Source: a virus
Lineage: Duplodnaviria > Caudoviricetes
IMG/VR virus record: IMGVR_UViG_3300018050_000777
Span: 1 to 32,947 of that record
Length of the DNA stretch: 32,947 nt
Reading direction: 5' to 3' (one strand)
Position 1 is the stretch's first letter. Each line of letters begins with the position of its first letter. The translations under genes and the position numbers were made by a program. The notes beneath the pieces were generated by a model. That model searched no databases. It was not told the DNA's origin and was given only the letters and a program-made list of their open reading frames with translations. Below are positions 18,820 through 26,312 of the stretch, piece by piece.

Positions 18820-20448
18820 TCAGTAAGAGCCTCCTCCGAATGCACGATAAGAATCGGCACCGCCGTAGTCGGGTTGCATGACGGCTATGTACCTCAGGGC
18901 GTCGATAGGGTCCTTGCTAGAGCCCTTCTCGCCGTCTATGCCTGTCCATTCACGCAGGCACCACATGAGGTTCTTGCAGTCCTCGGAGATGTAAAGTTTC
19001 GGCTGGTTGACCGCAGAAATGGGCTGATTCTGGTCATAGGAGAACCAGTCGTTGATGATGCTGACGCCCTCCTCAAGCCTGAGGCCAGCGGATGCGGTGA
19101 AGTACATGGGCAACGGCTCTTCGTCCAGCAACTGGAGTAGCGTCGTACCCCCCTCTTTGTTGATGACGGGGGAGCCAGCGGCCCTAGGGTCAATGTAGCG
19201 TTCGGAGATTTCTTCTCCGTTCTCTAGGTTAAGGATGTGCTCCTTGATTTCAGTAAGCCCCATGCCAGCACCCTGCTTCTGTGCGGGTCCAGCACGGCCG
19301 TCGGCTTTCTCGGACGGCAGGGCCCACTCACCCATGCTAATGTCAGGCCACTCCCTGTAGACGAACTTGTTGCCGTACTCGTCTATTCGAAGCCACACCA
19401 TGAACCAGTTTCGTGCTCCAGCAGGGTCAACAGCCATGTAATTCGTGCCCTCCTCTGGGATTTGGTCCGCTGGGATGATGTTTGGCTCTCCGAACCTCGG
19501 GAATTGCGAGCCCGCAAGCGATTCAGCCCAGCCGTATGCACGGATTTTGACTTCATAAGGCCCACGGCCCCTCAGTGCTAACTTGATTTGTTCGAAGGGG
19601 GAGTATCTATTCAGGATTGAATGAAACCAGATTACATTGGCCGAACCCTTGCTGCATTCTGCAACGTAGGGCATGTGCCCCTTCGGGATGCTTGGGACAT
19701 TCTGTGTATCGGGCAGAAGGTCCGCATAAAGGGTCTTTTTAATGCGGCACCCAGCGACGTAGTCCTTGACGACGGGAGTGAAGCCAGTGATGGGCGTGAA
19801 GGTAAGAATCATCTTACCCGAACGGGTGACAAGTCGGTACCTTAAGGTCTCAATCCAGTCCTGCGGCACGAGTTCGTCGCACCAGATAAGGTCTGGTTCG
19901 CCACCTTCGATGACCTTCTTCTCCTGCCCGTAGTTCATGAAGAAGCACTGGGAGCGGTTAGGTAGAACGAACGTAGCGTCGGTAAATCCGTTCTTCTGGG
20001 AGTATTGGATGTTCGTGACCTTAGTCTTCTTGGCTGTCTTGAACTCGGGGGGCATGTATTTCCAGATGACGGCCTGTTGCATCTGAATGGAGGTCTGGGA
20101 AGTGGTGTGTAAGCACCAAATTCTGGAGTTCGGCCTAGTGCACAGCAGTTGCATGACCCTCTTGGCGGCGTACTCGGTCTTACCAGCACGATTTCCGCCC
20201 ATGATGAGCAGTTCGTTGCCCGACATCAGCAACTTGTCGGCCTCAGCCCAACTGTCGGGCTCGTATCCGTGCCTGTAGGGGTCGCCCTGTTCGGCCTTAA
20301 TCTTCTCTTCACGACGCTTGAGCACCTCGACGGCACCCTCCGAGCCTAGCGTCTTGGCTAGTTCGACTATCTCGTCCTCAGTCGGTAAGTGGATGATAGG
20401 ATGCTTGCTCAACTGCATCCCAGCCACTGTCACTAGGTCCGTGCTCAT
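18820..20448 (-). CDS. terL: Terminase large subunit, 542 aa
   Basis: Walker A GGNRAGKT, Walker B LIWCDE, coupling motif LTFTP, RNase-H-like nuclease AVDP and C-terminal DPIDALRY. Confidence 0.93.
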   Translation of the reverse strand: MSTDLVTVAGMQLSKHPIIHLPTEDEIVELAKTLGSEGAVEVLKRREEKIKAEQGDPYRHGYEPDSWAEADKLLMSGNELLIMGGNRAGKTEYAAKRVMQLLCTRPNSRIWCLHTTSQTSIQMQQAVIWKYMPPEFKTAKKTKVTNIQYSQKNGFTDATFVLPNRSQCFFMNYGQEKKVIEGGEPDLIWCDELVPQDWIETLRYRLVTRSGKMILTFTPITGFTPVVKDYVAGCRIKKTLYADLLPDTQNVPSIPKGHMPYVAECSKGSANVIWFHSILNRYSPFEQIKLALRGRGPYEVKIRAYGWAESLAGSQFPRFGEPNIIPADQIPEEGTNYMAVDPAGARNWFMVWLRIDEYGNKFVYREWPDISMGEWALPSEKADGRAGPAQKQGAGMGLTEIKEHILNLENGEEISERYIDPRAAGSPVINKEGGTTLLQLLDEEPLPMYFTASAGLRLEEGVSIINDWFSYDQNQPISAVNQPKLYISEDCKNLMWCLREWTGIDGEKGSSKDPIDALRYIAVMQPDYGGADSYRAFGGGSY

Positions 20449-21176
20449 TCATCATCCTCCTCCTCCTTGGCGTCGTAGGTGGAAGCGGCCGATGCGGCAT
20501 CGAACTGCTGTACCGACACGATTGGGAACGCACCCTTCCAAGACATCGGCTGAATCCTGATGGCACCACCATGGAACCCAGTACCGAACAGCCCGAACTG
20601 AGGGATAAAATGCTTGGCCGACGCCACCGCCGCCTTGTAAAACCCCTGCCTGAACACCTGCGGGCTAAACTGCTTAAAGGTAGGGTCGCCTCGTCCGTAG
20701 GACGAAATTTTTTTTGTCCGCTTAGTTCCAGACTTCGCACCTCCACCAGAAAGGTCTTTCTTGGTGGCTGGGGGCTCAGTCTTGGGAACTGGCTGACTGG
20801 GACTAGGGATGGGTGCGTTAGGGTCCCTGAGGGTCAGTAGTCCGTTCTTACCCCTTACGAACGCAGAGGTACCCCTTGCGGCGATGTCCTTGTTGCGGCC
20901 GCTGATGGTATCCTTGTCAGCGAGAAGCCCAGAACTATCCCTAGCGAACACAGTGCCCTTGAGCAAGGCGTCCGCTTCCTTGGTATTGAGTTTGAGCAGG
21001 TTAGGGTCCGTGGCGAAGGACTTGTCGCTACCGCCAGCGTCGTACTTGCTAGGACCCTTATCCCACTCTGGGCCGAGGTGCTTGCTCCACGGCGTGAACG
21101 ACAAGGAGTCAGGACGTGTGACGTCGAGGCGTGGGTTGCCCCTGCCCTTCACGTACTTATCCTTGTCGTCGGCCAT
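20445..21176 (-). CDS. Hypothetical protein, 243 aa
   Basis: ATGA overlap with terL; no recognised domain. Confidence 0.55.
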   Translation of the reverse strand: MADDKDKYVKGRGNPRLDVTRPDSLSFTPWSKHLGPEWDKGPSKYDAGGSDKSFATDPNLLKLNTKEADALLKGTVFARDSSGLLADKDTISGRNKDIAARGTSAFVRGKNGLLTLRDPNAPIPSPSQPVPKTEPPATKKDLSGGGAKSGTKRTKKISSYGRGDPTFKQFSPQVFRQGFYKAAVASAKHFIPQFGLFGTGFHGGAIRIQPMSWKGAFPIVSVQQFDAASAASTYDAKEEEDDE

Positions 21177-21281
21177 TTAGCCTACGATGCTGACCCAGAT
21201 TGCCTTGAGGCGTTCGGAATAGCGGACACCGACATAGACGCCACCTAGGAAGCAGATGGCAGAAGCAATAAGAGTAATCAT
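21177..21281 (-). CDS. Small single-TM protein, 34 aa (MITLIASAICFLGGVYVGVRYSERLKAIWVSIVG)
   Basis: Below ORF-track cutoff; ATGA overlap upstream and stop abutting the next ATG. Confidence 0.65.
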   Translation of the reverse strand: MITLIASAICFLGGVYVGVRYSERLKAIWVSIVG

Positions 21282-21952
21282 CGGGATTCTTTCTTTTGAC
21301 GCTGGTAGTAGTTGTAGCCTTCGATGGCACCGCCGACGGCGGCGGCTCCGCCGAGGACACGACGGCCCGCACGGACCTGCTTGTCGGAGTAGCGTGGGCC
21401 ACGGCCCATCGGCTTGATTTCGTCATAGGACAGTTTGCTGTAGTCAAAGGCAGGTTGCTTGACCTTGTATCCTTCCATTTCCTGAGGCTTGTTGTAGATT
21501 TCCCTCATGTTGGCACTACGGGGAGGCCTGCTGTTGGACATGTAATCACCACGATTCGGGCGGACGCTTTCGTCACGGAAGTTGATGTTGTTGCGTTTAC
21601 CCTCCCTACGCATCATGTCGGAAGGCCTCTCGGAAGGAGTGTACTTCTTGTTCACCCAGCCCTTGCGTCGGGCAATCTGGCCCATGGTCTCACGGGGCAT
21701 CGGGCGAGCGTGGCGGGTTTTCTTGATGACGGCGGCGGAGGCATTGCGGACGGCTTCGCCGTAAGAGCCAGAGACGCTACGTTCAGCCTTGCTGATTGCA
21801 CCTCCCACTTTCTGGGCACCACGCACGAGGGCGGCGGTGGCCTTGTCTGCCATCCGATTGGCTCGGGCGATGGGGCGGAGGGATTTGCGTCCGAGGTAGT
21901 TGCCTACGGATTGAGCGGCCTTCTTCAGGCCAGTGATGGCGATTTTACGCAT
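21278..21952 (-). CDS. Highly basic protein with C-terminal Gly/Ala hydrophobic helix, 224 aa
   Basis: Arg/Lys-rich; 'VLGGAAAVGGAIEGYNYYQRQKK'. Confidence 0.65.
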   Translation of the reverse strand: MRKIAITGLKKAAQSVGNYLGRKSLRPIARANRMADKATAALVRGAQKVGGAISKAERSVSGSYGEAVRNASAAVIKKTRHARPMPRETMGQIARRKGWVNKKYTPSERPSDMMRREGKRNNINFRDESVRPNRGDYMSNSRPPRSANMREIYNKPQEMEGYKVKQPAFDYSKLSYDEIKPMGRGPRYSDKQVRAGRRVLGGAAAVGGAIEGYNYYQRQKKESR

Positions 21953-21960
21953 GTTGGAAA

Positions 21961-22485
21961 TTACGGCTGGTAGTTACGGGTCTTGTAATTCTTGAAGCCT
22001 TTTTCTCCATAGGAGTCGCTGAAGGCTTTGTTCTTGTTAGTTCGGAAAGCCTCCTTCGAGACGATGGTGCCGTACTTGTAGCCACCGACTGGCTTGAACG
22101 ACTTCTTGAAGTTACGCTCCTGCATGTCCTGTCCCTTGAAGGTAACACGGGGCGGCTTGGACCTGCCACCGCTAGAAGAGCGGGGCTTGGGATAACCAGC
22201 GTCATAAGCCTTAACACGCTTGGCCACTTTGGCCGACCTCGCTTGCTCCGCTTCAATGAAGTGTTTTTTCATAGCGGTGCCAGTCTTGACGTCTGACAGG
22301 TTCGTCGCTTCGTCAAAATTAGCGACGCCTTGGCTTCGAATAAGGTCTCGTTGCCTCATCGCCTGATTCGCAGAGCGAAGGTCGTCCGAAATCGGTTTGG
22401 CCCATCCCGTCTTAGGACGGCTGGACTTCATGTAGGCAGTGCGGAACTTGCGTCCGACGTTGCCAATCATCTTCATCATGCCCAT
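21961..22485 (-). CDS. Highly basic protein, 174 aa
   Basis: Lys/Arg-rich, low complexity; operon context. Confidence 0.65.
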   Translation of the reverse strand: MGMMKMIGNVGRKFRTAYMKSSRPKTGWAKPISDDLRSANQAMRQRDLIRSQGVANFDEATNLSDVKTGTAMKKHFIEAEQARSAKVAKRVKAYDAGYPKPRSSSGGRSKPPRVTFKGQDMQERNFKKSFKPVGGYKYGTIVSKEAFRTNKNKAFSDSYGEKGFKNYKTRNYQP

Positions 22486-22508
22486 GGCTTTTTATTTGGC
22501 GGCGGCGA

Positions 22509-22550
22509 TTAGCACCGCTTGCCACCTTTCTTCTTGGTGTTCTTCTTCAT
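22509..22550 (-). CDS. Basic micro-peptide MKKNTKKKGGKRC (13 aa)
   Basis: ATGA overlap with the stop of 22547..23041; TAA at 22511-22509. Confidence 0.45.
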   Translation of the reverse strand: MKKNTKKKGGKRC

Positions 22551-23041
22551 TGTGGTTGAGAATTTCTCTTAAGCAAAGTGTTGAGACGTAGTATGGAAGT
22601 TGGCCGATGCTCGCAATACCAGCGGTTAGCACGATACTTAACGACTATGGGCATCTTCGGTTTGAACGGCCTTGAGTCGAAAACGTTGCAGAAGACCGAC
22701 TTTCCGCTCTCTGTCTTGACCAGCATGATGCGGCGATTCGGGTAATCGCACCGCAACACGTCGGCGGCTTCGAGCACCTCTGGGTCGGCTTCGGCAGGCT
22801 TCATGACCTTGACCTCTTCCTTGGTGGCATGGACCTCTACGAGCCCGAACCGCTGGACGACGGCGTCCCAGCCAGATTCGGTGTAGACGATGGGACAGGT
22901 CCTTAGCGGCCTCTTGCCGAAAGGCATCCTCTCCCAGTGTTCGCCCTCATTGAGCGATTTACGAAAAGCGACCAATTCGTCCTTGGGGACCCCAAAACGT
23001 GAAATCACGTCAGATTCCTTCCACTGGACGAAATCACTCAT
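22547..23041 (-). CDS. Hypothetical protein, possible winged-helix DNA-binding N-terminus, 164 aa
   Basis: 'LNEGEHW...IVYTESG' resembles ORF6N-like wHTH; ATGA overlap with rusA. Confidence 0.55.
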   Translation of the reverse strand: MSDFVQWKESDVISRFGVPKDELVAFRKSLNEGEHWERMPFGKRPLRTCPIVYTESGWDAVVQRFGLVEVHATKEEVKVMKPAEADPEVLEAADVLRCDYPNRRIMLVKTESGKSVFCNVFDSRPFKPKMPIVVKYRANRWYCEHRPTSILRLNTLLKRNSQPQ

Positions 23042-23523
23042 TTGCTCAGATGGTCGATAATCGCCCCCATTAGCACGGAATCAATGTGTTCGGCCCGTTT
23101 CACCCAAACGCCCATAAACGGCTTGTCGGTGCGAAACTTCATAACCTTGCCAAAAACGACCTGACAGTCGTCATACCAGAATCCGCAGTTAGTCAGCGAG
23201 TCACAGACGGCCTTCGCCAAATTGTCGAAGTCGGGCCTAGTGGCCATATGGACAGTCTTACCTTTGTCGGCCAATGTGTTCGGAAACCCAAAATACAGAG
23301 TCAACTCCAGCGGTCCCGTGTAGGGCTTGTCAGGAGCATGCCTCTTGGCCTTCAGTTCGAATTCCTTCATCCACGCCTTGATGGCCGACTTCGTCGTCTT
23401 GCCGACGAACATGCGGTTGTCCTTGGTCTTCAGAATCCTGAGGTCGGACTGGTGGGTGGTCTTGATGGGGACGATGTCCACCATGAACTTACGTTCAAAA
23501 TAGTTGGGGACGTCCTCGGCCAT
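23038..23523 (-). CDS. rusA: RusA-family Holliday junction resolvase
   Basis: 'PYTGPLELTLYFGF', 'RPDFDNLAKAVCDSL' and 'DDCQVV' catalytic motifs; ATG 23523 preferred over GTG 23550. Confidence 0.88.
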   Translation of the reverse strand: MAEDVPNYFERKFMVDIVPIKTTHQSDLRILKTKDNRMFVGKTTKSAIKAWMKEFELKAKRHAPDKPYTGPLELTLYFGFPNTLADKGKTVHMATRPDFDNLAKAVCDSLTNCGFWYDDCQVVFGKVMKFRTDKPFMGVWVKRAEHIDSVLMGAIIDHLSK

Positions 23524-23562
23524 GGATTGACAGTTGTCACCAGTATCCACAGGTTGTCAACA
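23524..23562. promoter_or_regulatory. Overlapping divergent promoters, probably leaderless
   Basis: TTGACA at 23527-23532 (+) and TTGACA on the minus strand at 23560-23555, each about 30 bp upstream of the divergent ATG it faces. Confidence 0.5.
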
Positions 23563-24195
23563 ATGGACAACGAGAGACTTGATACCAACCCCTCCTCCAA
23601 CCACTCGGCTAAGCGTGTCTCGAAAGAGCGTCGTGCACAGGTCGAGGAACTGCTGAGGTCTGGCACCCCCATCCTCGAAGCGGCCAAGTTGGCCAAGATG
23701 TCGCCGAACAATGTCATGGCCATCAAGCGGGACATGCCAGAGGTCACGGGACTGCAGGATGAGTTCAAGGCCACGACTGTCCGCAACCTCAAGGCCTTCG
23801 TCCAGAGGGCGTCCCAAAAATTGGTAGACGAGTTGGACTCCCTCCATGTCAGCCAAATCCCAATCGCCATGGGTATCAGCATCGACAAGATTAACGCCCT
23901 GCAAGACCAGCCCCAAGCGGTGGTTGAGCATCGTTTCAGCATATCGCATGATGCCCTAGACAAACTGCTCAAGGCTAGGGGTCAGGGGGTAAAGGTGGAC
24001 CAGAAGGGGGTCATTGACCTCGATGTCGTGCACAACAAGCCCGAATCCACCCAGAATTTCTTGGACTGGGCTAAGGACCCAAAGGATTTTTTGGGCAAAA
24101 CAGTAGTACCTGACTATCCGTCAAGCGATTCGCCCCCTCCCATCGACCGACCCCCCCCGCCCCCTTCGAATGATGAGGGCGTGGGTGAGGATTGA
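23563..24195 (+). CDS. Terminase small subunit-like HTH protein, 210 aa
   Basis: HTH 'VEELLRSGTPILEAAKLAKMSPNNVMAIKR', then helices and 'IPIAMGISIDKINALQDQPQAVVEHR', resembling TerS oligomerisation regions. True start MDNERL, not the 23086 track start. Confidence 0.55.
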   Translation: MDNERLDTNPSSNHSAKRVSKERRAQVEELLRSGTPILEAAKLAKMSPNNVMAIKRDMPEVTGLQDEFKATTVRNLKAFVQRASQKLVDELDSLHVSQIPIAMGISIDKINALQDQPQAVVEHRFSISHDALDKLLKARGQGVKVDQKGVIDLDVVHNKPESTQNFLDWAKDPKDFLGKTVVPDYPSSDSPPPIDRPPPPPSNDEGVGED

Positions 24196-24223
24196 ATTTC
24201 GCACAACAGCAATTATGTCTAAT
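24196..24223 (+). other. XerCD dif-like recombination site
   Basis: ATTTCGCACAA-CAGCAA-TTATGTCTAAT has the 11-6-11 layout; arms resemble E. coli dif GGTGCGCATAA-TGTATA-TTATGTTAAAT. Confidence 0.75.
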
Positions 24224-24290
24224 CGGGGTCTAATCTAGGGCTATCTGCTCACGATTAGCACACCAAAGAGGTATAATGCGGCTGGGGGGA

Positions 24291-24318
24291 TTGACATAGG
24301 GGGGCTGTGTTATAGGGT
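24291..24318 (+). promoter_or_regulatory. Sigma70-like promoter candidate
   Basis: TTGACA-N16-TAGGGT; no substantial plus-strand ORF follows. Confidence 0.35.
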
Positions 24319-24420
24319 TACCATGCCTCGCACGTCGGGTTAGATACACCTATCTCGATTCACCCTCTAGGATTGGCTGTGAAGGCAGATGACTAGGCCA
24401 AGGCTATGATACCATGTGCC

Positions 24421-24885
24421 TCATGTGCTAGGTCCTCTGGTGGCAAATGGTAAGGTGCGGCAGGCTATCTGCCACAGGTTAGGGATAGGCACGAGTATGA
24501 CCTTGGCGGCATTGTCATCGCCACCTGATACGAGCCTACAGCCATAGGCATCTGGGTTGGCATGGACGGCCCTGAGATAGTCCTTCAAGTCCTCTGTGGG
24601 CAGGACAATGGCCATGGTTGGCACATCGCCCAGCCTGAACACATGGACCCAAAAATCGGCGGTTGTGACAGCGATGCCTGACTTGCGGCCACGACACTCA
24701 TACTCGAATACGGCATTACCTGTGGTGGCCCAAGTATCACGCTCGGTCTTGACCTCGACCTTGGCTTGGTCCGTGCCCAGCCATGTGAGCCAGTTCTCAC
24801 CTGCTTGGCCGTACTGTAAGTCTATGTCGAACTTGGCTCGGTCAGAGCCAGAGGAGCGGGAGCCCTGTGCTTCGTAGTGATTCAT
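24421..24885 (-). CDS. PD-(D/E)xK restriction-endonuclease-like protein, about 154 aa
   Basis: 'FDIDLQYGQAGE...VEVKTE..W..TGN..FEY...SGI..T.ADFW...GGD' pattern common in phage nuclease-like proteins; likely start MNHYEA. Confidence 0.65.
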   Translation of the reverse strand: MNHYEAQGSRSSGSDRAKFDIDLQYGQAGENWLTWLGTDQAKVEVKTERDTWATTGNAVFEYECRGRKSGIAVTTADFWVHVFRLGDVPTMAIVLPTEDLKDYLRAVHANPDAYGCRLVSGGDDNAAKVILVPIPNLWQIACRTLPFATRGPST

Positions 24886-25405
24886 GATGTGCGTAGAGGA
24901 GATTCTCGTAGCGTTCGCCTGTGGCCATCTTGCGTCGAGCAAGGGCATAGGCATAACCTACTGAGGTGAGTGGCTTCCATGGGGCCTTGTCATAGTACGA
25001 GCATACGACTGTGGGCTCATATGGACTGATGACGTGCTTCAGGTCAGTCATGTGGCCTATCTTGGCCAGCACGCTTGGGCCCAGTGAGTAGCACGCATAC
25101 AGCAAGGCTGGGCTTGGTGGTGCCCTGTGATGTACCCTGAAGCGTGAGACTATCTTCATCAGGAACGTGGTTGCATACTCACGTGCTATCTGTGGGTCAT
25201 ATGCACTGTGATAAGGATGCACAGCCAGACCATCACGTCGCCTCATGTCGCTGATGTCATCCCATGCACTCTGGTGTATCTGGAATGCACCAATGGCTGG
25301 ACCATCAGGATGATTGATGTCGCCCTTGGCCTTGGGGTCATCGCCTGACTCAATGAGTGCGAGTGCATGAGCGAGTGCCCGCTGGTCTGTGTATACTGTG
25401 TGCAT
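24842..25405 (-). CDS. Lysozyme-like / lytic transglycosylase-fold muramidase, about 187 aa
   Basis: 'ALIESGDDPKAKGD...AIGAFQIH..AW.D' catalytic Glu-Ser and GxxQ motifs; likely start MHTVYT. Confidence 0.75.
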   Translation of the reverse strand: MHTVYTDQRALAHALALIESGDDPKAKGDINHPDGPAIGAFQIHQSAWDDISDMRRRDGLAVHPYHSAYDPQIAREYATTFLMKIVSRFRVHHRAPPSPALLYACYSLGPSVLAKIGHMTDLKHVISPYEPTVVCSYYDKAPWKPLTSVGYAYALARRKMATGERYENLLYAHHESLRSTGLPLLWL

Positions 25406-25445
25406 GGGCTTGCCCTTACCCGAATGAGATACGATGTTGGGGCTC

Positions 25446-25913
25446 ATGGCAAACAAACGCACGTCGGGCAAGAGACAGAGAACAACCAAGAAGCAGGCCA
25501 ACCCGCTGAAGCGGAAATATGGCGAGAGCGGTGTCGAGGCGTTCATCGCCCACCAGAAAAGAATCAGTGAGGAACAAGTCAACAGTTTGATGATGCTCGA
25601 ACCACGTGAGTGGTGTGATTACGCATGCGTTGGTGTGGCCGAGGACAACATGGGCTCACTACGTTGTGTGTATGACCTCAACATACTGGAGCATGCGTAT
25701 GCACTCATGTATGCGTATGAGGAATTCGGATACGAGAGTATCGACAAACTGGTTACACAGGCGACGCCTGAGCAATTCGACATGGCTCAAGAGTGGGTAT
25801 CATACAACACGCTCAGGGCATGTCCTCACATGGGACCTAATTCCCCTCTGTTCGTACGCTCTCACGACCCCAAAAAGTGGCAGACGGCCCAAGAATGGGA
25901 CATGGGCTGGTAA
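25446..25913 (+). CDS. Conserved phage hypothetical protein, 155 aa
   Basis: 'VYD...A.EWVSYNTLRA.PHMG...P' pattern; start MANKR. Confidence 0.7.
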   Translation: MANKRTSGKRQRTTKKQANPLKRKYGESGVEAFIAHQKRISEEQVNSLMMLEPREWCDYACVGVAEDNMGSLRCVYDLNILEHAYALMYAYEEFGYESIDKLVTQATPEQFDMAQEWVSYNTLRACPHMGPNSPLFVRSHDPKKWQTAQEWDMGW

Positions 25914-25928
25914 ATTGATTTCGTTGTA

Positions 25929-25941
25929 CATCAACGACTTA
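25929..25941 (+). promoter_or_regulatory. IHF-like binding site
   Basis: CATCAACGACTTA versus consensus WATCAANNNNTTR (1 mismatch), just upstream of the promoter. Confidence 0.4.
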
Positions 25942-25962
25942 CAACTATCTATCTACGGACGC

Positions 25963-25990
25963 TTGACGCAGGACTACAAAGCGTCATGTT
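25963..25990 (+). promoter_or_regulatory. Early promoter candidate
   Basis: TTGACG-N16-CATGTT directly upstream of the RNA cluster. Confidence 0.5.
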
Positions 25991-25995
25991 GATGG

Positions 25996-26028
25996 CATGG
26001 TGATTAACGCACCATGTTCTTTAGCAAT
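25996..26028 (+). promoter_or_regulatory. boxB-like hairpin plus rrn-type boxA antitermination element
   Basis: Hairpin CATGGTG-ATTAACG-CACCATG, then TGTTCTTTAGCAAT (E. coli rrn boxA TGCTCTTTAACA). Confidence 0.55.
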
Positions 26029-26032
26029 CTAC

Positions 26033-26107
26033 GGGTGAGTCTAGCGACTATGTAAGGCATTAGAGGCCACGACACATACAGGGGTGCAATTCCCCAATCA
26101 TCCACCA
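26033..26107 (+). ncRNA. tRNA-like RNA resembling an isolated tmRNA tRNA-like domain
   Basis: Acceptor GGGTGA/TCATCC with G3:U70, A73 and CCA; T-arm-like GGGG-TGCAATT-CCCC; no D-stem or anticodon arm. Confidence 0.55.
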
Positions 26108-26113
26108 ATTTAT

Positions 26114-26189
26114 GGTGTCCATCGTCTAATGGTTAAGACATCGCCCTGTGGCGGCGAGGATACGGGTTCGATTCCCGTTGGTCACCCCA
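26114..26189 (+). tRNA. tRNA-His (GTG)
   Basis: Cloverleaf with G-1:C73, D stem GTCT/AGAC, anticodon stem TCGCC/GGCGA around CTGTGGC, T arm ACGGG-TTCGATT-CCCGT, and encoded CCA; one U-U mismatch in the acceptor stem. Confidence 0.93.
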
Positions 26190-26194
26190 TTTAT

Positions 26195-26268
26195 GGGTCA
26201 CACTTGCAGACAGGGCAGTTCTCCAACCACAGAGCACTAGAACGCTCGCCCTCTGGCATTACAGACCC
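26195..26268 (+). ncRNA. Long irregular hairpin RNA candidate
   Basis: Nested pairs GGGTC/GACCC, TGC/GCA, AGGGC/GCCCT, GTTCT/AGAAC; preceded by the same TTTAT spacer as tRNA-His. Confidence 0.4.
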
Positions 26269-26312
26269 TCCCTTCGCTAGATACATGACAGGCCTAGCCA
26301 GTCCTAGCAAAT

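Noticed and set aside
23086-23562. N-terminal extension of the 369-aa plus-strand ORF
   Set aside because: Fully antisense to rusA; the credible protein starts at ATG 23563.
24323-24343. ORF MPRTSG after the 24291 promoter candidate
   Set aside because: Six codons only, with no supporting evidence.
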